DNA from: Acaryochloris marina MBIC11017
Lineage (GTDB): Bacteria; Cyanobacteriota; Cyanobacteriia; Thermosynechococcales; Thermosynechococcaceae
Assembly: GCF_000018105.1 (NCBI RefSeq)
Contig: NC_009925.1
Span: forward strand, 6,390,001 to 6,422,000
Length of the DNA: 32,000 bases
Direction: 5' to 3'
Shown here: positions 1-7,035 of the stretch, piece after piece
How the letters are laid out: every line of letters begins with the position of its first letter
How positions within the stretch are numbered: the first letter of the stretch is position 1
Position numbers and translations under genes: made by a program
Notes under the pieces: generated by a model
Database searches by the model: none
Told to the model about the DNA's origin: nothing
What the model saw: only the letters and a program-made list of their open reading frames with translations

Positions 1-635
1 GGCAGTATGGTGAAGGGCAAATCAAAGATCAGTCGGTCTCAGCCTATCGACTCGAATCGCGGGTGTCTCCAGAATCCAATACGGAAACCTTTGCAGCCTT
101 AAAGCTCACCATTGATAACTGGCGGTGGGCGGGGGTGCCCTTTTACCTGCGCACGGGTAAACGACTGCCGGAGCGGGTGAGTGAAATTGCGATTCAGTTC
201 AAACACGTCCCCTCCCTGCTGTTTCGGGAGACCTCTATTGATCAGCTTACGGATAACTTTTTAGTCCTCAGGCTGCAGCCTAACGAAGGCATCAGCCTCC
301 AGTTTGGAGCAAAAGTTCCTGGCCCCAAAGTGCGCATGGGCAGCGTCAATATGGACTTTTGCTATGCCAATTTCTTTGATGCCACCCCCACCACTGGCTA
401 TGAAACCTTGCTGTATGACTGCATGATTGGCGATGCCACCCTGTTTCAGCGATCCGACAATGTGGAGCTGGGCTGGCAGGTCATCACGCCGATTTTAGAT
501 GTGTGGAGCGCTCTCCCCAGCCGAGATTTCCCGAACTATGGGGCGGGAAGTTGGGGACCGCAAGCTGCCACAGATTTACTCACGCGAGACGGACGCCAAT
601 GGCACAGCAGCAGTCCTCAGTTTTGTAGTGCTTAG
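1..635 (+). CDS. zwf: glucose-6-phosphate dehydrogenase, C-terminal part (5' end lies upstream of the window)
   Basis: The frame is open from nt 3 ([35 protein letters not shown]...). It contains the G6PD C-terminal signature [26 protein letters not shown]. Stop TAG at 633-635. Confidence 0.9.
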   Translation, partial: QYGEGQIKDQSVSAYRLESRVSPESNTETFAALKLTIDNWRWAGVPFYLRTGKRLPERVSEIAIQFKHVPSLLFRETSIDQLTDNFLVLRLQPNEGISLQFGAKVPGPKVRMGSVNMDFCYANFFDATPTTGYETLLYDCMIGDATLFQRSDNVELGWQVITPILDVWSALPSRDFPNYGAGSWGPQAATDLLTRDGRQWHSSSPQFCSA

Positions 636-644
636 GGAAAAGAG

Positions 645-1640
645 ATGAGTCATCCCACCACCTTTAACAGTCATCTATGGCAACAACATCGCTTGGCTCA
701 GCAACCGATTGAAATCTCCATCTTGTTAACTCAGATGGGCTTTGCCGCCAAGGTGCTGGCCCGTGAAATCAGTCGAGCAGCCCTGATGGGAAATTTGGGT
801 CTGATGGGTGAGACCAATGCCACGGGGGATGCCCAGAAAAAGCTGGATGTCTTTAGCAATCAGATTGTGATTGATGCCTTTTCGAATATTGGTTTGGTGG
901 CTGTGATCGCATCCGAAGAACTAGACCAGGTGAAGCTGATTGAGTGCGGCCAGCAGGCCCAGTACATCCTCTGTACTGATCCCCTAGATGGGTCCTCTAA
1001 CACCGATACGGGTAGCGCGGTGGGCACTATCTTTGGCATCTACCGTCGGCAAACGAGTGGATATTGCAGTACCGAAGCCGATGTCCTGCAGCCGGGTACA
1101 GAATTGGTGACCGCAGGCTATGTCCTCTATGGCACCAGTACGATGTTGGTTTACACCACTGGTGGACGAGTCGACGGCTTTACCCTTGATCCAAGCTTAG
1201 GGGAATTCCTCCTCTCCCATGAGAATATTCGCTGCCCTGAAACGGGCAAAACCTATAGTGCTAACCTGAGCTACTACCAGGAATGGCATCCCCATATTCA
1301 AAACTTTGCGGATTACTTAAGCGATCGCAAGTCTCATACGGCCCATACCCTTCGTTATAGCGGTGCCCTTGTTGCTGATGTCCATCGCTGTCTACTGGAA
1401 GGAGGACTCTATTTTTATCCCCCCACAGCAGATCAGCCTGAGGGCAAGCTGCGGTTGCTCTATGAATGTGCCCCCTTGGCATTTTTAGTGGAACAAGCCG
1501 GGGGGAAGGCCACTTCCGGTCTTGCCCGAATTATGGATCTAGAAGTGACCTCTATTCACCAGCGCTCGCCCCTAGTGATTGGTAGCCAAGTGGCTGTTAA
1601 TTTATACCAAACCTTTCTGGAGCAAGGGAAAGCAGCTTAG
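645..1640 (+). CDS. fbp: class I fructose-1,6-bisphosphatase
   Basis: 331 aa with ATG 9 nt after the zwf stop. FBPase class I motifs are present: DPLDGSSN, GYVLYGTSTMLV, YECAPLAFLVEQAGG. Confidence 0.9.
   Translation: MSHPTTFNSHLWQQHRLAQQPIEISILLTQMGFAAKVLAREISRAALMGNLGLMGETNATGDAQKKLDVFSNQIVIDAFSNIGLVAVIASEELDQVKLIECGQQAQYILCTDPLDGSSNTDTGSAVGTIFGIYRRQTSGYCSTEADVLQPGTELVTAGYVLYGTSTMLVYTTGGRVDGFTLDPSLGEFLLSHENIRCPETGKTYSANLSYYQEWHPHIQNFADYLSDRKSHTAHTLRYSGALVADVHRCLLEGGLYFYPPTADQPEGKLRLLYECAPLAFLVEQAGGKATSGLARIMDLEVTSIHQRSPLVIGSQVAVNLYQTFLEQGKAA
1321..1328. repeat. HIP1 palindrome
   Basis: Exact GCGATCGC. Confidence 0.95.
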
Positions 1641-1772
1641 CCACCTCTAATGAATGGGATTTCTTAGATGGAATAAGGCGATTGCTTAACTCGAATTCAG
1701 TGTGCCTTCAGCAAACCTTAAGTCCCCAGCCGTAAGCTCACAGTCACCATTTACAAGGAAGAGATTTGAACC

Positions 1773-2171
1773 ATGATTACTAAATCTTTAATCACAGCCG
1801 CTGCCATTCTCACAGTTACACCCACCTTAGCCTGGGCCGCTGACGTCTTAGAGGGGGCAACGGTGGTTGAATCGGCCACCTTTACAGGGGAAAGCGACCA
1901 TACCGTAAGTGGAAAAGTTGAGATTGTTAAAAAAGGCAAAGTTTATTATCTCGTTCTCGGTGAAGACTTCTCCTTTGATGGTGCTCCTGATCCTCGACTG
2001 GGCTTTTCGAGTCAGGATTCGTATGTTGAAACCAGCACATTTTCTGGCCTCAACCTTGATAGCGGCAAGCAAATCTATCGGCTACCAGCCACCCTCGATA
2101 TCAGCAACTTTGATGAAGTCACGATTTGGTGTGAAAAGTTTGGTGTACCTTTGGCAGAAGCAAAATTCTAA
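1773..2171 (+). CDS. secreted DM13 domain protein
   Basis: 132 aa. N-terminal signal peptide (LITAAAILTVTPTLAWA). DM13-like core: HTVSGKVEIV...YYLVLGEDFSFDGAPDPRLGFS...FDEVTIWCEKFGVPLAEAKF. AAGGAAGAG lies upstream of the ATG. Confidence 0.7.
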   Translation: MITKSLITAAAILTVTPTLAWAADVLEGATVVESATFTGESDHTVSGKVEIVKKGKVYYLVLGEDFSFDGAPDPRLGFSSQDSYVETSTFSGLNLDSGKQIYRLPATLDISNFDEVTIWCEKFGVPLAEAKF

Positions 2172-2404
2172 AGGGCAAGGCCGACCTTACCCGGAATTCG
2201 GGCTAACTCATCTGAGGCACCAAAATAATTGGGGTGTAGCTGCTACCATTACATTAACTTGCCGTAATTGCTAAACTTCATGTGATTTTGTGGCAGACAG
2301 TTGCGGCATCTGGGTGTCCGAAAGAGAAGGGGATTATTGCGGCCATGACCACAAAATTCCCTTCTGAAGCGTAAGTTATAGGGATATTGAGTTGAGCGAA
2401 CTAA

Positions 2405-2833
2405 GTGCAAACGATCCTGTTTATCTGCACTGGGAATTACTACCGAAGTCGATTTTCAGAGCATTACTTCAACCATTTAGCAGCGCAAAAGGAACTTGGT
2501 TGGCGGGCAGAGTCTCGGGGGCTTGCTTTGGAGTGGGGACAAAACAATGATGGCCCCATTTCTAAATATGCTCGCCAAGGATTACTGAGTCGCAATATCC
2601 AGCTCTCCGATGAGCTTCGTTTTCCCTTGCCGCTGACCTTAGCTGATCTCAATGCATCCCATCAGGTGATTGCCGTTGATGAAACAGAGCATCGACCCTT
2701 GATGCACGCACGATTTCCAGACTGGGAAAACAAAATCGACTATTGGTGCGTCCATGATATCGATCGTGAGAATCCAGAAGAGGCCCTTAAACAATTAGAA
2801 AACCACATCCAAGATCTGATTTCTAGACTGTAG
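2405..2833 (+). CDS. low-molecular-weight protein-tyrosine phosphatase / ArsC-like phosphatase
   Basis: 142 aa with a GTG start. N-terminal P-loop ILFICTGNYYRS (CX5R-S) with Cys codon at 2426-2428. A C-terminal acidic loop is typical of the LMW-PTP fold. Confidence 0.8.
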   Translation: MQTILFICTGNYYRSRFSEHYFNHLAAQKELGWRAESRGLALEWGQNNDGPISKYARQGLLSRNIQLSDELRFPLPLTLADLNASHQVIAVDETEHRPLMHARFPDWENKIDYWCVHDIDRENPEEALKQLENHIQDLISRL

Positions 2834-2865
2834 GATCGGTTTCAAACCCCTAGGGAAAAACCGTC

Positions 2866-4143
2866 ATGGCTTGGTCTCGGAGAAACTTTCTACTTACTGC
2901 AGGTTTGGGAACGGCTGCAGGTACTCTGGTTACCCCTCAAATCGCAACCAGCCAATCAGCCAACCATCGAGCTAAACACCAAAACATCAAGAATTGGCGG
3001 GCCGTCCGCACTCACTTCAATTTGGACCCCAAATATATTCATATGGCGGGTTTGCTACTAGCCTCCCATCCCACTCCCGTTCAATCTGCCATCGATGAGC
3101 ATCGGGATGGTCTCGATCAAAACCCGACCCATTATCTCTATGACCATCGACCCGATTTAGTGGCAGCGGTGCGAGCCAATGCGGCGGATTATTTGGGGGT
3201 TCAAGCTAAGGACATTGCCCTTACGGACAGTACAACAATGGGGACTGCGCTGGTAATCAATGGGCTGAGCATTCGACCTGATCAGGAAATGTTGACCACC
3301 ACCTTTGATTACTACTCCACCCATACATCTTTGAAATATAAAGCTTCCAGAACTGGAGCAACGGTCAATGAAATTCCCCTGTATCGAGATATCCAAACTG
3401 TTAGCCAAGACGAAATGGTCGAGACCTTGATCAAAGGGATTGGCCCCAAAACGCGTCTGGTTACGGCAACCTGGGTTCATTCCAGCACGGGTCTCAAAGT
3501 TCCCATTGCTAAAATTGCAGACCAGTTAAAGCAACTCAACCAAAATCGCTCAGAGGAAGATCGGGTCCTATTTTTTGTCGATGGTGTTCATGGTTTAGGG
3601 GTCGAAGATGATGCATTGCCTACCCTAGGATGTGATTTCTTTGTTGCGGGCACCCATAAATGGATGTTTGCCCCGCGAGGTTCTGGTTTTATTTGGGGCA
3701 AACCTGAAACCCAAGATGCCGTTACACCGACAATTCCAACATTTTCGGGCGGGGCAGGCTGGGGGGCTTGGATGACCCCTGGAGGATTTAAAACCTTTGA
3801 GCACCAATGGGCGATGGCTCAAGCCTTTGCCTTTCACCAACAGATGGGCAAAGAGCGCGTCACCAAGCGCCTGCATTCCCTCAGTCGGCAACTGAAAAAG
3901 GGGTTGTCAAAAATGCAGCATATCAAGCTGTATACGCCCATCGACGATGATTTATCTGCCGCAATTGTTTGTTTTGATGTGGAGGGACTCTCGCCCAAGG
4001 CAGTGGTTGCTAAGCTAAAGGCTAAAAATATCATTGCCAGCACTACCCCTTATGACGTGTCCTATGCTCGCTTGACGCCTGGCGTTTACAACACCCCTGA
4101 CGAAATCGATCGCGTATTGAACCAGATTCGTGATTTAGCTTGA
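2866..4143 (+). CDS. class V aminotransferase-fold PLP enzyme with a twin-arginine (Tat) signal peptide
   Basis: 425 aa. N-terminus MAWSRRNFLLTAGLGTAAGTLV is a Tat consensus (S-R-R-x-F-L). The PLP-lysine context AGTHKWMFAPRGSGF has its Lys codon at 3658-3660. The overall pattern resembles isopenicillin-N-epimerase or cysteine-desulfurase family members. Confidence 0.8.
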   Translation: MAWSRRNFLLTAGLGTAAGTLVTPQIATSQSANHRAKHQNIKNWRAVRTHFNLDPKYIHMAGLLLASHPTPVQSAIDEHRDGLDQNPTHYLYDHRPDLVAAVRANAADYLGVQAKDIALTDSTTMGTALVINGLSIRPDQEMLTTTFDYYSTHTSLKYKASRTGATVNEIPLYRDIQTVSQDEMVETLIKGIGPKTRLVTATWVHSSTGLKVPIAKIADQLKQLNQNRSEEDRVLFFVDGVHGLGVEDDALPTLGCDFFVAGTHKWMFAPRGSGFIWGKPETQDAVTPTIPTFSGGAGWGAWMTPGGFKTFEHQWAMAQAFAFHQQMGKERVTKRLHSLSRQLKKGLSKMQHIKLYTPIDDDLSAAIVCFDVEGLSPKAVVAKLKAKNIIASTTPYDVSYARLTPGVYNTPDEIDRVLNQIRDLA

Positions 4144-4478
4144 AAAGCTAACGACGAGCAAGGCGACGAGCTTGAAAGATCCACTGGGTCACTTCCGCGA
4201 CGGTTGGGCAAAGGGAGTTTCGTCCTAGCATCGCCACATGTAATCGGAGTAGTTGTCGATGCAGACGCTCAGCTGTCATCTGGGCAAGTTGCTCTGTCGA
4301 ACCCACTCCTGCATGTAAGAGCAAACCACAGTTCTTCGTTCCCACACCAGGAATTAAAGACAGTTCTGCGAGAGCAGCCCATTTATTGATGTATTTTTGA
4401 TGCAGTTTCAGTTGCGCTGCTAATTGTTGGCGTTGTTGGAGCGATTGGGTTTGAGTGTGGAGTTTGTGAATGGTTGTA

Positions 4479-4487
4479 ATTCCACAT
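4479..4487. repeat. 9-bp target site duplication (left copy)
   Basis: ATTCCACAT lies immediately outside the left IR and is identical to 5547-5555. Confidence 0.9.
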
Positions 4488-4504
4488 GGCTTTGTTGCAT
4501 GAAT
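4488..4504. repeat. IS terminal inverted repeat (left end)
   Basis: GGCTTTGTTGCATGAAT. The reverse complement of 5530-5546 is GGCGTTGTTGCATGAAT, a single mismatch. Confidence 0.9.
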
Positions 4505-4542
4505 CGCGTAAAGGCTAGATGAATTGCCTCTCCTCGTTATTC

Positions 4543-5472
4543 TTAAGCTTCAACCCAAACAGTCTCGGGTTTGGCGATCTGAATCATTCGATTGAGTGCC
4601 GCACACTGCAGGAGTAACTCTGTGGCTTGATTATCAAAGTTACGGGAACGTACCTGACCCCCAAAGATAGTTTTGAAGCGAAACATCGTCGTTTCAGCTA
4701 GAGACCGCCGATGATAGTGGGCTTGTTTTTTCCACCTCTTTCGTCCCTGTTTTCGGATGGCTCTGAGATTTTGATCTCGTGGATGGGGTGGAGCATTGCA
4801 GTTTCCATGTTGCCAAATTTTGGCATTCTTCCTTGGGGGAATTGCAGCTGTGGCATTGCGCTCCATGAGGGCATCATAGCAATGACTTTGGTCATAGGCT
4901 CCGTCAGCAGAGACCTGTTCAATCTCATCGTCGATGCCTTCAAGGAGATCTTCAAACACTTCACCATCCTGAACGTCATTGGTTGTCACGACACCCGTGA
5001 GAATTTCTCCAGTGGACTCATCAACACTCAAGTGAAGTTTACGCCACGTCCGACGTTTGCTCACACCATGTTGCCTGGTTTTCCACTCTCCTTCACCATA
5101 GACTTTGACCCCTGTGCTATCGATAACGACGTGAATGGCACCTTGCTTAGGTATAACGGGCAATGAAATCGATAGCTGACCTTTCCGCCGAGAGACGGTG
5201 CTGTGGTCACAAACGGGAAGCTCAATTCCCATCAACTCAAACAATGAATTTAGAAATCCTTCGGTTTGACGCCCTGCTAAACCATAGATACATTTGACGG
5301 TCTCGAAGGTGGAGATTGCTGTATCGCTATAGGTCAGAGAGGCTCCCCGCTTTTGTCTCGGTGTGGTTTCTAGCCAATGAACGATAGCTGATTGTTCGAG
5401 CCAGAAGGTCACACTTCCCCGCTGTTTGAGACCAGCGTTATACTCGGACCAGTTGCGGATTTGGTAACTCAT
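4543..5472 (-). CDS. IS5/IS903-group DDE transposase
   Basis: 309 aa. The N-terminus YQIRNWSEYNAGLKQRGSVTFWLE is typical of IS903-like transposases. DDE candidates are VIDSTGVKVYGEGEW, SADGAYD and RSLAETTMFRFKTIFG. Confidence 0.93.
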   Translation of the reverse strand: MSYQIRNWSEYNAGLKQRGSVTFWLEQSAIVHWLETTPRQKRGASLTYSDTAISTFETVKCIYGLAGRQTEGFLNSLFELMGIELPVCDHSTVSRRKGQLSISLPVIPKQGAIHVVIDSTGVKVYGEGEWKTRQHGVSKRRTWRKLHLSVDESTGEILTGVVTTNDVQDGEVFEDLLEGIDDEIEQVSADGAYDQSHCYDALMERNATAAIPPRKNAKIWQHGNCNAPPHPRDQNLRAIRKQGRKRWKKQAHYHRRSLAETTMFRFKTIFGGQVRSRNFDNQATELLLQCAALNRMIQIAKPETVWVEA

Positions 5473-5529
5473 GGGCTAGCGGTTTTTGGTGGTACATAAA
5501 CTCTAGCCCGCGCCTAATCCGCAGCACCT

Positions 5530-5546
5530 ATTCATGCAACAACGCC
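5530..5546. repeat. IS terminal inverted repeat (right end)
   Basis: ATTCATGCAACAACGCC, the inverted partner of 4488-4504. Confidence 0.9.
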
Positions 5547-5555
5547 ATTCCACAT
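5547..5555. repeat. 9-bp target site duplication (right copy)
   Basis: ATTCCACAT lies immediately outside the right IR and is identical to 4479-4487. Confidence 0.9.
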
Positions 5556-5738
5556 TGCTGAAGTTGGCTGAGATGGTCAGAACTCAGACCGGACAGTTGG
5601 GAAAGGGGTTCCGCAGGTGTATAAGTGTTGGAGGGCTTCACTGGGATGGGTCCCCGCGCTTAGGGACTTGATTGGGCTTGTCCACTGTAGCGAGTTGGGG
5701 GCAGGGTCGTCTAGAAATGGCGGTCGGTCCCTGCACAA

Positions 5739-6866
5739 TTAGATTCCTTTGGCTTGAATTTGATATCGACCTTGCTCACCTCGATCAGATGTCGTTACTC
5801 CAATGTAATAGAGGCCATCTTGGGGGAGTGAGAGATTCAATTGAGCAGTGAAATCAGCGGGTCCACGGTCATCATTTTTGGCCACTGGAATGTATTTTGG
5901 TTTGGGGCTGGATTGATCCACAAAGAACAGCTGGAGAACCGGATTAAATTCATCACTTTTGAGGGTTAAAGTTACCGATTGTCCGGCTTTACCCTGGAAT
6001 TGGTACAAGTCAATAAAGGTTTGAGGGGTTAATTGGATATCTGTTTTTTCCAGACGGGCATTGAAGTTTCGATTGGCGAGTTGGGGAATCGATCGTTTCT
6101 GGCTTTGTTTGGGTAAGGTCGAAACGCGAGAGATTTTTCCGGATCGCATGGCCTTTAGAAAAGTGTGCAAGCGATCAACTGAAATGGCGAAGTTTATGCC
6201 ACTTTTGGTAACCCCAATGGGTCGGCCAGTGGGACTATAGACGAGACCCTGTAGATCTCCACTGAAATGGACGCCGACAACCTGTCCCTGGCGATTGAGA
6301 ATGGGACCACCGGAATTACCTGGATTAGTATTGGCACTATGTTGAAGTGTGCCATTTTGTTGGCTTATTCGGCTGACCATTCCCCTTGCCAGGGTATTCT
6401 GATAGTCCTCGGTTAGGGGTGTGCCAATCACGAAAATATCGTCTCCCACTTGAGTAGAGCCTGCTGGGGACAGGGGGATTGAGGGCAAATTCGTGAGGCC
6501 ATAGATTTTGAGTGCTGCTAGGTCTACGCCATGATGGGCAAAGCCAATCACATCAGCAGAGACCTGCCGACCGTCATTGAATTTGACGGTAACGATCCGG
6601 GGACCATTGGCAACGACATGGGCATTGGTAATAATCCAGCCATCAGCACTGACGATAAATCCACTCCCATGTCCTGAGCCGTTTTTAATCGTGACGACGG
6701 CAGGGCTCGCTTGCTGATAGATTTGTGTTGCTGTGGATTGGGCCGATTGGGCTACAGCCCGTTGGACCAGGGAGGGATGGAGGGAAATGGCGGGTGTAAT
6801 GATGCCTGCTGTCAACAATAGGGCGTTAATGGAGATGAATTTAGAAATCAGTTTTGGGGTGGTCAT
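5739..6866 (-). CDS. secreted S1C (HtrA/trypsin-like) serine protease with a C-terminal pre-peptidase (PPC) domain
   Basis: Triad contexts are ITNAHVV (His), VDLAALKI (Asp) and GNSGGPILNRQGQVVGV (Ser). The C-terminal ~90 aa look PPC-like (YQFQGKAGQSVTLTLKSDEFNPVLQLF...NDDRGPADFTAQLNLSLPQDGLYYIGV). The tracked ORF reaches 7070 but overlaps the upstream gene. ATG at 6866 (MTTPKLISKFISINALLLTAG...) gives a signal/anchor sequence. ATG at 6917 is an alternative. Confidence 0.85.
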   Translation of the reverse strand: MTTPKLISKFISINALLLTAGIITPAISLHPSLVQRAVAQSAQSTATQIYQQASPAVVTIKNGSGHGSGFIVSADGWIITNAHVVANGPRIVTVKFNDGRQVSADVIGFAHHGVDLAALKIYGLTNLPSIPLSPAGSTQVGDDIFVIGTPLTEDYQNTLARGMVSRISQQNGTLQHSANTNPGNSGGPILNRQGQVVGVHFSGDLQGLVYSPTGRPIGVTKSGINFAISVDRLHTFLKAMRSGKISRVSTLPKQSQKRSIPQLANRNFNARLEKTDIQLTPQTFIDLYQFQGKAGQSVTLTLKSDEFNPVLQLFFVDQSSPKPKYIPVAKNDDRGPADFTAQLNLSLPQDGLYYIGVTTSDRGEQGRYQIQAKGI

Positions 6867-7035
6867 CGTTCTATCACCAATGCATTGATTCATCAATCGT
6901 TGTGGTGGCTTGTTCATATGCAGGAAAGATATATCGTGCCGAGACTTTTGACCGATTGAGACGCTGAATGGTAGTCCATGAATGGCAATCAGACTTAGCT
7001 GATATGGCGCAAGGAACATGCATGGATCCAAGGGC

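Larger units (their letters stand above)
4488..5546 (-). mobile_element. IS5-family, IS903-group insertion sequence (1059 bp), apparently intact
   Basis: A single DDE transposase ORF is bounded by 17-bp terminal inverted repeats (16/17 match). These are flanked by a perfect 9-bp direct repeat, ATTCCACAT. The size, the 9-bp duplication and the GGCTTTGTTG... ends match IS903-type elements. Confidence 0.92.
4148..5641 (-). pseudogene. DUF4332 domain gene interrupted by IS insertion (3' fragment 4148-4487, 5' fragment 5547-5641)
   Basis: Removing the IS and one TSD copy gives one continuous minus-strand frame: ...LSGLSSDHLSQLQQCGITTIHKL...KYINKWAALAELSLIPGVGTKNCGLLLHAGVGSTEQLAQ...LCPTVAEVTQWIFQARRLARR*. 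The IPGVG..CGLLLHAG..S..QLA pattern is what I recognise as DUF4332. The upstream in-frame stop is at 5660-5662 and the likely original start is GTG at 5639-5641. Confidence 0.7.

Noticed and set aside
1261-1482. 73-aa minus-strand ORF inside fbp. Other antisense or off-frame ORFs are nested in long genes in the same way: 1751-1939, 1848-2072, 1909-2274, 2464-2652, 3157-3480, 3625-3891, 3834-4043, 4698-4979, 4711-5166, 7440-7652, 8508-8705, 9476-9694, 9849-10148, 9910-10161, 10396-10638, 10789-11067, 12044-12283, 12573-12812, 13590-13811, 13920-14213, 16314-16553, 16390-16629, 18986-19333, 20380-20571, 20573-20758, 20765-21136, 21272-21493, 22485-22733, 23232-23462, 24101-24286, 24471-24782, 24809-25015, 24839-25054, 25875-26081, 26572-26793, 30345-30548 and 30611-30820.
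   Set aside because: Each lies entirely within, or largely overlaps, a much longer ORF that has clear family motifs. Their translations are low-complexity or Arg/Cys/Pro-rich with no recognisable motifs, as expected for shadow ORFs.
2284-2357. 9-bp inverted repeat ATTTTGTGG / CCACAAAAT separated by 55 nt, plus a direct repeat TTGCGGC (2301-2307 and 2338-2344), upstream of the LMW phosphatase gene. I considered a riboswitch or structured leader.
   Set aside because: The stem is short and A/T-rich, and I recognise no known riboswitch consensus. A match of this size is plausible by chance in a 230-nt spacer.
4204-4389. 61-aa plus-strand ORF and the 65-aa minus-strand ORF 4148-4345, treated as independent small genes.
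   Set aside because: The minus-strand frame continues without a stop up to the IS boundary and resumes beyond it. It is therefore the 3' fragment of the IS-disrupted DUF4332 gene. The plus-strand ORF is its antisense shadow.
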